From: a virus
Lineage: Duplodnaviria > Caudoviricetes
Virus record (IMG/VR): IMGVR_UViG_3300043432_000149
Span: 1 to 47,949 of that record
Reading direction: 5' to 3' (one strand)
Length of the DNA stretch: 47,949 bases
Both the position numbers and the translations under genes were made by a program. A model generated the notes under the pieces. That model saw nothing but the letters and a program-made list of their open reading frames with translations, was not told where the DNA came from and did not search any database. Within the stretch, counting starts at the first letter, position 1; each line of letters begins with the position of its first letter. Shown here in pieces: positions 1 to 8,648 of the stretch.

Positions 1-100
1 CAGGCCGTCCACAAGGACAAAGAAGCCGACCCTGCCCAGTCCAGACGAACATCCGACCGCACTGCTCGCACTTCCTCTTCGATCGTATCGATCCCTTCAT
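1..100 (-). CDS. 5' fragment of a CDS running off the window, possibly the tyrosine integrase (MKGSIRSKRKCEQCGRMFVWTGQGRLLCPCGRP...)
   Basis: ATG at 100, open to the window edge; CxxC...CxC N-terminus; lies at the end of the early-left operon where the integrase is expected. No catalytic domain is visible. Confidence 0.35.
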   Translation of the reverse strand, partial: MKGSIRSKRKCEQCGRMFVWTGQGRLLCPCGRP

Positions 101-258
101 GCAAAATACAATGCCACGCTCGCCCTCTGGAAACCCAGAGGACCGCGATGGTATCGATGTTTGCGTGGTGCGGATCATAATTGCAGACCTGTGGCTTTGG
201 TTACGCGCGGGAGGGTAAAAATTCAGGGGTGGATTCTGTGCCCCATCAGCCCGGACCG

Positions 259-492
259 CTAGGGGCGGGAGAACGGGATTAGCTTGGCGCGGCAACTTCG
301 GCAGAGCCCAAGCGGTTCCTTGAGGGCACCAGGATCAATCGCGGCCTTGATCCCGATGGATGCCAGGCCTTCAATCAGCCAGTCGGCGGCTTCCGCTTCT
401 CCACAGATCTCAAGGGCTCCAAGCGCCATCTCCATGAACTCGGCGGGCGTTTTGGGGTAATCGCGATCGTAATCGAATTCGTTTTTGGTCAT
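259..492 (-). CDS. hypothetical protein, 77 aa, C-terminal CxxC
   Basis: ORF track; AAGGA RBS upstream of ATG. Confidence 0.6.
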   Translation of the reverse strand: MTKNEFDYDRDYPKTPAEFMEMALGALEICGEAEAADWLIEGLASIGIKAAIDPGALKEPLGLCRSCRAKLIPFSRP

Positions 493-537
493 GTCCTTGC
501 CGGCCCACCAGCTATGTAGCGGGCCGCCTCCATTGTT

Positions 538-1395
538 TTAGGCTCGACCTGAGATAAAAAGGTCTTGCTGTTGCAGCCCAAGCGCCCGCTCGTAGCGGCG
601 TCGGCGGCTATGGAAGTCGTCAAAATCGAGCTGCGCCGCTTCCTTTGCTCCTCGGCTCCGCTTGAGAAGGCGTGCGCAGGCGGAGCAAGACAGGACCACT
701 TGATCCACGGCGGCAAGATGGCGACCGAACCAGCGGAGCCACTCGGTTCCCCCGATACGCTGCGCCCGTTCATCCACGACGCGGTTCTTCATGCACATCG
801 GGCAGAAGCTCTGCGTGCATTGCGAGATCGCGAACCGAATCCGCTGCTGAGTGTCCTTGGTCGGCTTCCTGTCAGGCTGCCAGGACTGCATCGTGTCGAT
901 GATCGGCTCAAGCCTGTGGTCGAGCATCTCCGAGAACGCGCCAGCGAGGAGCTTGAAGTCTGTCTCCGTGAGCTGGATTGGGCCAACAGGGGAAACAGGA
1001 ACGGCCGCCGCTTGCTTCGCGCGGAAGTACACGTCCAAGACCTGTTCGTAGATGTCCCAGGCCAGATCGTCATGGAACATCTTGATCAGCAGGAAGTAGC
1101 CGCGCTCTGTGACGAGGTAAACCTTATCCGGGACGCCGCCATTTTCGCGGCCCAAGCCAAGGTTCCGAATTTCGGAAGCTTGCCGAAGCTCGAAGAAATG
1201 GACGCCTTCGACAGCGCGCCCATTATTGCGCAACTCCCGCAAGTTTTTTGAGGCCCTGTCGCTGGTGCGCCCATGCACTTCATCGATCATCTTCAGTGTC
1301 ACGACACGCTGACCGCTGTACTGAATCGGGGTAGCAGGCAGAACCTTGGAGAGGTCCGGCTTGCTGGGGTCATTGATTGGGGTTACGTTGTCCAT
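538..1395 (-). CDS. ORF6N-domain phage antirepressor-like DNA-binding protein
   Basis: Motifs YSGQRVVTLKMIDEVH, EGVHFFEL, YLVTERGYFLLIKMFHDDLAW typical of ORF6N; AGGAG RBS; Cys-rich C-terminus. Confidence 0.8.
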   Translation of the reverse strand: MDNVTPINDPSKPDLSKVLPATPIQYSGQRVVTLKMIDEVHGRTSDRASKNLRELRNNGRAVEGVHFFELRQASEIRNLGLGRENGGVPDKVYLVTERGYFLLIKMFHDDLAWDIYEQVLDVYFRAKQAAAVPVSPVGPIQLTETDFKLLAGAFSEMLDHRLEPIIDTMQSWQPDRKPTKDTQQRIRFAISQCTQSFCPMCMKNRVVDERAQRIGGTEWLRWFGRHLAAVDQVVLSCSACARLLKRSRGAKEAAQLDFDDFHSRRRRYERALGLQQQDLFISGRA

Positions 1396-1465
1396 CGATC
1401 AATCTCCTATGGGTTGGTTGAAGCCCCTGCGCTGCGGAAACAGCCGGGGCTTCGTTGTTGTCAGA

Positions 1466-1816
1466 TCAGCCCACCGAAGCCGCGTTGAATGCCTGGCCTG
1501 CGGTGGGTTCTTGTTTGCGCTTTGAGTGGATGGCCTCCAGTTGCTTAAGGAACCCCTCTGTCGCCTCTCGTGCACGGTCCAGGTAGTCTTCCGCCTTCTT
1601 GTAGGCCAGGAGCAGATCGAGCGGGATCGAGTCGAAGCCGGCGTATTTGAATACGTCAACGACGCAGTAGAGGCCGAAGTGATCGATCTCGCGCTCAAGG
1701 TGGTCGATGTACCAGGCGAGCGGATCAATGCCGGCTTCGACTGCGCCGTAAGGGGTGTAGATTTTTTGTTTTTGGGGTTCCAAGCGACCATCTGAAATAA
1801 CGCTGGCGTGCTGCAT
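1466..1816 (-). CDS. 116-aa unknown protein, paralog of 34521..34835
   Basis: Start MQHASV with GAGGAG RBS; shares AVEAG.DP.AWYIDH.E...DHFGL and ...L.RAREAT with the second copy. Confidence 0.75.
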   Translation of the reverse strand: MQHASVISDGRLEPQKQKIYTPYGAVEAGIDPLAWYIDHLEREIDHFGLYCVVDVFKYAGFDSIPLDLLLAYKKAEDYLDRAREATEGFLKQLEAIHSKRKQEPTAGQAFNAASVG

Positions 1817-1831
1817 TGACACTCCTCTTTG

Positions 1832-1888
1832 TTGGTTGAATGTAACCAATCTTGAGGAATGTTTAATGGTTAAATTCAACCAAGTCAA
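1832..1888 (-). promoter_or_regulatory. promoter TTGACT-N17-TAAACA with two 18-bp palindromic operators (T/A)TGGTT-N6-AACCAA at 1832-1849 and 1866-1883
   Basis: AT-rich intergenic region read directly; lies immediately downstream of an XRE gene. Confidence 0.6.
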
Positions 1889-2268
1889 GCGCCGTCTTCT
1901 GCGAACCGCTTCTGGAACTCCTCGATCCGCTTGATCTTCTCCTGGAGCAAGGCAACCTCCGCTTTCAGTTCTCGATGCAGCCTCCCTTTCCTGAACGCCT
2001 CGTAGCGCTGACTGGCCGATCCGGTGGGCTCTGACTGCCGATGGTCCTTCTGGGATTCCCACCTGATGATCTGCCCCTTCGAGATGTCGAGCAGGTCGGC
2101 CATGTCCTGCTGACTCAACCCCGCCACTTCGCGCCACGCCTTGAGCTTCTCTCCGAACTCCGGCTGTGGGCCGGTTGGTGGTGGCGCTGGAATCTTCTCC
2201 ATGTCGATGTCCTCCATGGCTACTTTATAGCAGCATGTAACCGGAGGCTCGATCGTTGCCTGGCTCAT
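1885..2268 (-). CDS. XRE-family HTH transcriptional regulator
   Basis: FGEKLKAWREVAGLSQQDMADLLDISKGQIIRWES; ATGA overlap with the upstream gene. Confidence 0.85.
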   Translation of the reverse strand: MSQATIEPPVTCCYKVAMEDIDMEKIPAPPPTGPQPEFGEKLKAWREVAGLSQQDMADLLDISKGQIIRWESQKDHRQSEPTGSASQRYEAFRKGRLHRELKAEVALLQEKIKRIEEFQKRFAEDGA

Positions 2269-2651
2269 GCCCCCGCCCCCTTCCCCCTGCCCTCCCGGAT
2301 GCGGGCGGCGATCCGCTTCACGTCGCTTCTGGCCACTTCCAGCCGGTCGATCAGCCCTGGCTCGTGCGCGTCGGCGCTCCATGCCCGGTCCAGATCCAGG
2401 ATCGCGGCCTCGGCAACTTGTGCGCGGCGGATGGCGATGGGCATGGCTGTTCGAGCGGCGGCCAGCAAGCGCTGATCCTGCGGCTGCTCAATCCGGGAGC
2501 CGTCGGCGGCTCGCAGCCCCCAGCAGCTCAGGCCATCGATGCCGATGTGGTCCGGGCAGCCAGCATATTTCCATGGGGCGGGCGTTGCGGCCTCGGCCAG
2601 CGCGAGATCGGCAGCAAGATCGTGGTCGTAGTCGTGTTCGGTGGCGATCAT
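2265..2651 (-). CDS. Ead/Ea22-like phage early protein
   Basis: LALAEAATPAPW...LLAAARTAMP pattern; overlap-coupled. Confidence 0.55.
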   Translation of the reverse strand: MIATEHDYDHDLAADLALAEAATPAPWKYAGCPDHIGIDGLSCWGLRAADGSRIEQPQDQRLLAAARTAMPIAIRRAQVAEAAILDLDRAWSADAHEPGLIDRLEVARSDVKRIAARIREGRGKGAGA

Positions 2652-3019
2652 GGTTTGATTCCTTTCTCCGCCGCGAGGGCGAGCAGGGCCGCCTTACAGG
2701 CAGCTTCGAATATGGTAGATGAGTGCTCGGCTGCGAGCTCCCCGTGTTGATCGTAAAACTCGGCCATGTGCGCGTGGTGCGCGTCGTGTTTCGCTCTCCA
2801 TGGATAGGACGTGCTGCCGTATCCCCATCCCCGCCGCTCCATCTCCTCGACGACCAGCCCGAGGCCGGCCCAGGTAGTGGAGTAGCGTTCGTTCGATATG
2901 TGGGCGAGGTCGCCTGGCTGGGAGATGTCCATGGTGGGCGTGATTCCAAATAGCGTCACAGCCACCGCCCGATCCAGCTCCGGGCCGGGCTTGAGGTTGC
3001 GGATTTGGTCGGGGGTCAT
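2648..3019 (-). CDS. phage ABA-sandwich (BC1872-like) protein
   Basis: GPELDRAVA...YSTTWAGLGLVVEEM...AACKAALLA pattern. Confidence 0.65.
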   Translation of the reverse strand: MTPDQIRNLKPGPELDRAVAVTLFGITPTMDISQPGDLAHISNERYSTTWAGLGLVVEEMERRGWGYGSTSYPWRAKHDAHHAHMAEFYDQHGELAAEHSSTIFEAACKAALLALAAEKGIKP

Positions 3020-3174
3020 TCGCCGTCCTCCACGTCTGGGATTTCTCCGCCAGCCTCGGTTATGCGCTTTTCGAGGCTGAACATTCGCTCCTCGATGCGC
3101 ATTGTCCGTTCATCGGATCGGTCGCGTTCCCAGCGGATATATTTGTATTCGTCGATCATTTGCTGGAGCGTCAT
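3016..3174 (-). CDS. 52-aa hypothetical protein (MTLQQMIDEYKYIRWERD...)
   Basis: Translated by hand; ATGA overlaps at both ends. Confidence 0.6.
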   Translation of the reverse strand: MTLQQMIDEYKYIRWERDRSDERTMRIEERMFSLEKRITEAGGEIPDVEDGE

Positions 3175-3392
3175 CGCGCGGCGCTCGCTTTCGGTAGGCT
3201 GCCCAGGTTGGTGGTGGCGTGGCGCTTGTAATTGAGTGCGATCCGTCCGGCGCGCGTGGCGCCATCAATCGGATCGGGTTCTGGCGGTGGTGGCAGTCGG
3301 GGCGGCATCGGGACACCTGCGAACGGCAGGCCGCCGTCCAGGGCTCCCATGAGGCCGAGAAGGGCGGCAAGCTGGAGAGTGGAGCGCCTCAT
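3171..3392 (-). CDS. 73-aa hypothetical protein with hydrophobic N-terminus and Pro-rich middle
   Basis: MRRSTLQLAALLGLMG...; overlap-coupled to both neighbours. Confidence 0.5.
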   Translation of the reverse strand: MRRSTLQLAALLGLMGALDGGLPFAGVPMPPRLPPPPEPDPIDGATRAGRIALNYKRHATTNLGSLPKASAAR

Positions 3393-3961
3393 GTTCCGGC
3401 GCTCGCTTTCTGGGCCGGGAACAGGGCCTCGGCCTGCCTGATTGCTTCTTGTGGATCCACGCCTTGCCATACCAAGGCCTCGGCTTCGCGGCGGCGCTGA
3501 AGGCCCAGAAGCACTTCCCCCCCAGCCTTGCGCCATTTGCGGAGCTGATCGGGGATGCTCTCGAAGTCGCGTGCGCAGAGGTCGCCAGCCAGTCCGGTGG
3601 ATGCCTTGAAGGGCGCTCCGCCGAGGTTGAAGGCCAGGTCGATGAGTGCGCCGATCTGGGGCGCGGTGAGTTGAGATGTGAGATTTGCGCCGAGCTTGCC
3701 GTAGACGACGGAGGAAGCCGCCCGTATGTCGGCATCCAGCCAGGCGTCGGCTTGATCCTGCGTGATCGAGCCATCGGATGCCACCTTGTCATCCACGCGC
3801 AAGAGATGGCCGGTCCCGCAAGTCGGATTCCCCTTGAAGGAACCTCCGGGCGGGGCGGGCTTCCCGGTGGCATCGTCATAGAGATACAGGCGCGTGCCTT
3901 CGTAGTGTCGGATCAGGATGAGGGCGATTTCTCGCGCGGTTGGTGTGGCGGTTTGGCTCAT
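3389..3961 (-). CDS. GH24 (T4/P21-type) lysozyme
   Basis: IRHYEG..LYLYDD...TCGTGH, ALIDLAFNLG, GLQRRREAE motifs; GGAG RBS. Confidence 0.9.
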   Translation of the reverse strand: MSQTATPTAREIALILIRHYEGTRLYLYDDATGKPAPPGGSFKGNPTCGTGHLLRVDDKVASDGSITQDQADAWLDADIRAASSVVYGKLGANLTSQLTAPQIGALIDLAFNLGGAPFKASTGLAGDLCARDFESIPDQLRKWRKAGGEVLLGLQRRREAEALVWQGVDPQEAIRQAEALFPAQKASAGT

Positions 3962-4191
3962 GTCGTTTCTCCAAAGAGCGGAAGCTGTTCTTCGGTAATG
4001 GCTGGCCTGGCGTCGGCCTCCGCCTGGCAGTGTCCGCACAGGGGCGCGGCTGCGATGGCGGCGGGCGTGGTGGCGGCCTGTGGCCTGAAAAGCCCCGCGT
4101 TGCAGCCGGGAGCGGGGCAATCCCATGTGTAGATCGGCTCCATGCCGGGGAAGCTAATTTCCCGGCGGATGCCGGATGGGTCAAGGCGCAT
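3958..4191 (-). CDS. small Cys-rich hypothetical protein
   Basis: CPAPGC...CGHC; overlap-coupled. Confidence 0.55.
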   Translation of the reverse strand: MRLDPSGIRREISFPGMEPIYTWDCPAPGCNAGLFRPQAATTPAAIAAAPLCGHCQAEADARPAITEEQLPLFGETT

Positions 4192-4384
4192 GGCTGGCCT
4201 CCTCCCTTACCATCGACAGGCTCATTGAACGGATAAATCCGCGAGTCTGCTCATTCACATACGTCGTTTGGCTGCATGGAGGGCAGGTTGCCCAGAGGCG
4301 GCCGTCTCTGAGCAGGAGGAGATCATCGGCCGGCACGCCGCACACGAGGCAACGGACGATATTTCTGATAATGGCGTCACCCAT
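4181..4384 (-). CDS. zinc-ribbon hypothetical protein
   Basis: CLVC...CPPC; GGAGG RBS. Confidence 0.55.
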   Translation of the reverse strand: MGDAIIRNIVRCLVCGVPADDLLLLRDGRLWATCPPCSQTTYVNEQTRGFIRSMSLSMVREEASHAP

Positions 4385-4853
4385 GGCCCACCTCCTCCCC
4401 GATCCCGGCGGCGCGGAGGGCCTCAAGGAGGACGTAAGTTGGCCCGATCCCTGCGCATCCGATCGCGTCCTCGACCATGTATTTGTCGCCGTAGCGCACC
4501 ACGGCATACCCATCATGGAGCGTCTCCATCCTCCGCCCCACCTCCGCGGGGGGCTCGAGTTCGGCTTGTCGTGCGCTCATTCGCCCGATCTCGCGGGTGA
4601 AGTCGAGGCTCACCTGCTCCAGTTCCCTCACACGCGCCTCCAGCCGCTGCACCGCCGCCGCTCGCTCGGAGGCGATGCGCTCGGTCACGGCGCGGGCCTC
4701 GCGCTCTAGGGCCAACTCGGCGCCGGCCTTGGCGAGGTGGGCGTCTTGGGTGGCGATCTCGGCGCGTGCCCGCTCCAGCTCCACCTGCAGGGCGCGGCGG
4801 CTGGCGGGGTGCGGGGTCACGCGGCTTTCTTCTTGGGTCATGCTGGCTTTCAC
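4377..4853 (-). CDS. coiled-coil hypothetical protein
   Basis: GTG start overlapping the upstream stop; E/R/A-rich heptads. Confidence 0.6.
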   Translation of the reverse strand: MKASMTQEESRVTPHPASRRALQVELERARAEIATQDAHLAKAGAELALEREARAVTERIASERAAAVQRLEARVRELEQVSLDFTREIGRMSARQAELEPPAEVGRRMETLHDGYAVVRYGDKYMVEDAIGCAGIGPTYVLLEALRAAGIGEEVGHG

Positions 4854-5356
4854 GCTGTCCTCTCCTTCTGCTTTTCGATCCGCTCCCGCGCGACAATCGC
4901 AAGCGCGAGGGCCTGCCATTCGTCGGCCTTGATCCCGTGGAGCGGGCCGTGTTTGGCCTTGTTCCCGATCGCTTTGTCCTTGCCGCCGTAGAGGTCGATC
5001 ACTCGCTGGCGGATCGCGGCGTCGTTGATCCCCGCGATCTTGTGGCAAAGCGCCTGCTTGATCTCCGGCCTCTTGATCAGAAGCACTTCGGCCGAGTCGC
5101 CGGGGTAGTGGTCGCGGCGGCGGGCCTCTTCGAATCGGCCGATCCATCGCACCGTTTCGAAAGTCTCGGCTCCGACTGGAGCGCCGTAGCTGGCCACCAT
5201 CTCGATCGCCACATGCTCGACGGGGAGAAGCTCGAAGGCCAGGCGGTTGAGCAGGTCCGGGTTGCTGGTGATTCCGTGGAGGAGGACGCGGCCGTGGTCG
5301 TCTGTGACCACGTACGCGCTCTCCTCGGTGCCTGGATCGATTGCCAGGATCCGCAT
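4850..5356 (-). CDS. RuvC-like Holliday junction resolvase
   Basis: MRILAIDPG, VAIE, ADEWQALALA RNase H-fold motifs; next to recT. Confidence 0.75.
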   Translation of the reverse strand: MRILAIDPGTEESAYVVTDDHGRVLLHGITSNPDLLNRLAFELLPVEHVAIEMVASYGAPVGAETFETVRWIGRFEEARRRDHYPGDSAEVLLIKRPEIKQALCHKIAGINDAAIRQRVIDLYGGKDKAIGNKAKHGPLHGIKADEWQALALAIVARERIEKQKERTA

Positions 5357-5359
5357 CGG

Positions 5360-6142
5360 CTACTCCTCGCCTGGCTCGCGGTTGTCAAGGGCGGCCTCGA
5401 GCGCGTCCGCTCTGGAGCTCGGTGGCTCGGCTCCGCTTTCGAGAGCGGCCAGCAGCGCCTCGGGGTTCTGGTCCTCTTCGGCGGCCGCTTCGGCTTGCTC
5501 GATGGCGGCAAGCTCTGCGGAGATCGGCAGCAGCTTCACGAGTCGGCGGATCACGGTCTTTTTCGCCATCTCTTCCCAATGGTCGCGCCAAGGGCCGCTG
5601 TTCCCGGCCTTGCTTTTCTTGCGGATGCCCTCGATCTCGGATTTGGTCATCACCTCGCGCTGCACGCCTCCGTCCTTGAGCCGGGCGACGGCGTACACGT
5701 AGAGCACTTTTGCTCCTTCGGTCGGAGCCAAGCTTGGCTCGTGCTCGATCTTTGGATCGTCTCCGAGCTGATAGCGGAAGCGGTCGCCCTCGTGGACGAC
5801 GTGAGCCTGGATGCTCACGATCTGGCCAGAGCGGCGGGCGAGGTCGATCAGGCCGCGATAGCCCGGAACAAGCGTGGCGGTCGATCCATAGGGGATGATG
5901 TAGGCGGAGCCAAGGATGCCGGACGGGTCGAGGCCGAGCTGGCAAGCCTGGCTCACGGCCTGGAAGAGGCTCTCCTGGCTGCAAGAGAGCAGCTTTGGGT
6001 CACGGGCGCAGGCAAGGAGGACGCCGCGCATGAAGCGGTCGACGCTCACGTGTTTGGGGAGCGCCTGCAGGTAGAGAGCGCGGCGGGTCTGGAGGCCCTG
6101 CTGGATGGACTTGATGGGGGAAAGTGCGATTGCGGTTGACAT
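5360..6142 (-). CDS. recT: RecT-family single-strand annealing protein
   Basis: ACQLGLDP..LGSAYIIPYG, GYRGLIDLARRSG, GPWRDHWEEMAKKTVIRRLVKLLP. Confidence 0.95.
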   Translation of the reverse strand: MSTAIALSPIKSIQQGLQTRRALYLQALPKHVSVDRFMRGVLLACARDPKLLSCSQESLFQAVSQACQLGLDPSGILGSAYIIPYGSTATLVPGYRGLIDLARRSGQIVSIQAHVVHEGDRFRYQLGDDPKIEHEPSLAPTEGAKVLYVYAVARLKDGGVQREVMTKSEIEGIRKKSKAGNSGPWRDHWEEMAKKTVIRRLVKLLPISAELAAIEQAEAAAEEDQNPEALLAALESGAEPPSSRADALEAALDNREPGEE

Positions 6143-6144
6143 GA

Positions 6145-6996
6145 TTACTCCTCGAAATTGAAGCGGAGCGTTCGCGCCCCGTGTTTATTGGCTTTCCAGC
6201 TCGCGCGCCAGCCTTTGCCCTCGATGCCTTCGGCGTCGGCGATGATTGCGCGGAAGCTGTTTTCGATTTGCGATTTCTGTTCTTCGGCCTTGGTGATCTG
6301 GGCGGCCAGCACGCGCCGCTCTTGCGCCATGGCGTCCACCTCGGGCGTGGATTCGAGCCAAAGAGCCGTGGGGCGCTGATATGAGTCCGAGATCCAGGCG
6401 CGCGCCTCGTCGGAGCCGTCGATGCTGGGCGACTCCTTGCTGATGATGTGCCGATCCCACCAGGCGCAAAGCCGATCCAGCACCTTGGCTTCGAGCCTCT
6501 CGCGGCGGATCACGGTGTAGATCGTCGGCTCCTCGCCCGCGATCGACGCCACGACATCGACGCGATCGAGCCCGGTGACGGCCATCTGCTGGATCGCCTG
6601 CGGCAGATACTCCGGATCGATCTGGTCCGTGCCAGCGTCTCCCCAAAATCGGCGCGTCCGGCTGGACGGAGCCTTGCACTCGACAAGCCAGCGGTGGCCG
6701 GCCTTGCTGGCGATAGAGTCCGGCGTGGCCAGGATGCACGGCCTGGCGGGGTGGATCAGCGTGCCGGGCTGCTGCAGGTCGCAGCCCATGACGCGGGCAT
6801 ACCAGGCGAGGATCGCGGGCTCCAGAGCATTGCCTCGGTCGATGTCCCAACTCCCGAAGGAGCTTTGGATCAGGCCGAGCCTTCGAGCCCAGAGCTTCCA
6901 GGGCGAGCAGTAGCGACTCACGCCAAGAGCGGTGGCGGCTTCGCTTGCGCCGAGGCCCTGCTCTCGGATCTGGAGTTGCTCAGGTGAGAGACTCAC
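6145..6996 (-). CDS. YqaJ-like viral recombinase exonuclease
   Basis: R..GLGASEAATALG, GNALEP, ATPD, LVECK, YLPQAIQQMAVTG. Confidence 0.93.
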   Translation of the reverse strand: MSLSPEQLQIREQGLGASEAATALGVSRYCSPWKLWARRLGLIQSSFGSWDIDRGNALEPAILAWYARVMGCDLQQPGTLIHPARPCILATPDSIASKAGHRWLVECKAPSSRTRRFWGDAGTDQIDPEYLPQAIQQMAVTGLDRVDVVASIAGEEPTIYTVIRRERLEAKVLDRLCAWWDRHIISKESPSIDGSDEARAWISDSYQRPTALWLESTPEVDAMAQERRVLAAQITKAEEQKSQIENSFRAIIADAEGIEGKGWRASWKANKHGARTLRFNFEE

Positions 6997-7289
6997 GACC
7001 AGCTCCCCACCTGCAAGACGCCACCAGCCACAGGAACTCGGACGCCAGTTCGGGCCTGAGCCCTGGCCTCATCCATCGCCTGCTCCGCGAGGGCCACGTC
7101 GGTGGCCATGGCGCGCTGAATCGACTCCAGGAATTGACCACCAATTGCCGTGTGGGCGGCGGCGAACATGCAGGCGTGGCCATGCTGCCCGAGCTGCCCG
7201 GCAAGCAGCACCAGGGCCTTGCGCTGCTGGTCGAGGATGGCGATTGCCTCCGAAACGAGGCGCGATTGTTGCAAAATCTCAAGGCTCAT
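6993..7289 (-). CDS. hypothetical protein, 98 aa
   Basis: AAGGAG RBS; overlaps the yqaJ start. Confidence 0.6.
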   Translation of the reverse strand: MSLEILQQSRLVSEAIAILDQQRKALVLLAGQLGQHGHACMFAAAHTAIGGQFLESIQRAMATDVALAEQAMDEARAQARTGVRVPVAGGVLQVGSWS

Positions 7290-7352
7290 GTTCGAATCTC
7301 CTTGCCCCGGCGGCTACCGGGGCGGCTTTGTTGTGCTGTCGGGCGGCCGGGC

Positions 7353-7547
7353 TCAGATGAGCCCGGCCGTTCGTGTTTCAAGGGACCGGCGGCTCGACTG
7401 CGCCCGCTCCAGGGCCACCCGGAGCGGCTCCTGGATGCTCCAGTCTCCAGCGGTGTTCTCCAGGGCGCGCTCGATGCTGGCCTCCAGCGTGCGCAGCTTC
7501 GAGAGTCGGGCGCGGTCAGAGTGCAGTTCGAGGGTGGCTGGGCTCAT
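7353..7547 (-). CDS. hypothetical protein, 64 aa
   Basis: GGAG RBS; ATGA overlap. Confidence 0.55.
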   Translation of the reverse strand: MSPATLELHSDRARLSKLRTLEASIERALENTAGDWSIQEPLRVALERAQSSRRSLETRTAGLI

Positions 7548-7690
7548 GGCTTTGCTCCATTGATCGGCACGTCAGCGGCCTTGAGGGCCTGCTGGAACGC
7601 GCGGGCGGCTTCGAGGAAGGCCGGCCAGTCCTTGGCGAAGGCGACGCGGGCGGCCAGGTCTTGCAGGTCGCTGAGGGCGGTGGCGTTCAT
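7544..7690 (-). CDS. hypothetical protein, 48 aa (MNATALSDLQ...)
   Basis: ATGA overlaps at both ends. Confidence 0.55.
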   Translation of the reverse strand: MNATALSDLQDLAARVAFAKDWPAFLEAARAFQQALKAADVPINGAKP

Positions 7691-7899
7691 GCCGCCGCCC
7701 CTTCCAGATACCGCGCGGGGATCGGCAGTCCGAGCCGGCGCATCGTCTCCAGCGCCATGGCCGTCACCTCGGCGGGCGGCTCGCAGCTTGCCGGGCGGGG
7801 TAACTGCTCCCGGAGCGGGGTCCACTCCGAGCGGGAGAACAGGTGGTCGGCTAGGGCTTGCCTGTCGCCGGTTTCGAGGTAATCCAGGATCGCGTTCAT
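7687..7899 (-). CDS. first gene of the PL operon, 70-aa hypothetical protein
   Basis: AGGAGG RBS; directly downstream of PL. Confidence 0.6.
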   Translation of the reverse strand: MNAILDYLETGDRQALADHLFSRSEWTPLREQLPRPASCEPPAEVTAMALETMRRLGLPIPARYLEGAAA

Positions 7900-7950
7900 T
7901 GCTCATCCTCCTGTCGGCGGCGCGGGGTGCGCTCGCTCATCACAAGAAAG

Positions 7951-8005
7951 AGTATAGGGATTGATAGTCCCTATGTCAAGAGCAATGAGGATTGGCCGTC
8001 CTTAT
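7951..8005 (-). promoter_or_regulatory. early leftward promoter PL (TTGACA-N17-TATACT) with two 21-bp operators at 7954-7974 and 7985-8005
   Basis: Near-consensus sigma70 hexamers at 7979-7974 and 7956-7951; operators ATAGGGATTGATAGTCCCTAT and ATGAGGATTGGCCGTCCTTAT. Confidence 0.85.
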
Positions 8006-8018
8006 TTTTCGCGACAAC

Positions 8019-8042
8019 AAAAAAGCCCGCTCATGGGCGGGC
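8019..8042 (-). terminator. intrinsic terminator for leftward (cI/PIN) transcription
   Basis: GCCCGC/GCGGGC stem followed by T6 on the minus strand. Confidence 0.6.
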
Positions 8043-8226
8043 GGGGTAGGCCAAAGAAGGCGCGTTTCGAGATCCTCGGCTGAGGTGCCATAAACTCGGG
8101 GCTCCCGAGCCTTGCACCCATTCAAAATGCCGATTTCGGATCCTCAGCAGCCCGAGGCAAAAGAAAAGCCCCAAAGGTTGACGGGGCGGGGCGGCGGATC
8201 GAGAATGGGGAGAGGAGGCAAACGCC

Positions 8227-8469
8227 ATGACCAGAACTGAGTTGCATGAACTGATCGATCGAATCCCTGAAAACCTGCTGGCTGCCGTCGAGTTGGCCGC
8301 ACGAGATGCCATGATCGCGGCTATCCCTGAGGAGGAAGAAGAGGTCAGTCCCGAGGAGGCTGCGGCCATTGACGAAGCGCTGGAGGAACTGAAGAACGGC
8401 GGACGGGTCTATACTACCGAGGAGCTGAGGAGGGAGCTGGGACTTGAGCCAATCCGTTCAATGGTCTGA
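8227..8469 (+). CDS. putative antitoxin of a RelE-type module
   Basis: Acidic 80-aa protein ending ...GRVYTTEELRRELGL, upstream of relE; GGAGG RBS; TTGACG-N17-GAGAAT upstream. Confidence 0.75.
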   Translation: MTRTELHELIDRIPENLLAAVELAARDAMIAAIPEEEEEVSPEEAAAIDEALEELKNGGRVYTTEELRRELGLEPIRSMV

Positions 8470-8644
8470 TAGATCAAAGCGCGACATGAAGCCGCTGCCT
8501 GCGTCGGCGCAGAATAAGATCACCTTGGCGGTCTACCGCTTCGCTGAAACGGAACGAGGCGACATCCTCAAGCTCAAGGGCCGCGAGGACCAATACCGCC
8601 TCCGCGTGGGCGACTACCGCGAGGGCGGGGCGGGTGCGGACTGA
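8444..8644 (+). pseudogene. C-terminally truncated RelE/ParE-family toxin
   Basis: GDILKLKG...YRLRVGDYR, then the sequence diverges and stops 7 codons later, losing the usual final beta-strands. Confidence 0.75.
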
Positions 8645-8648
8645 AGCG

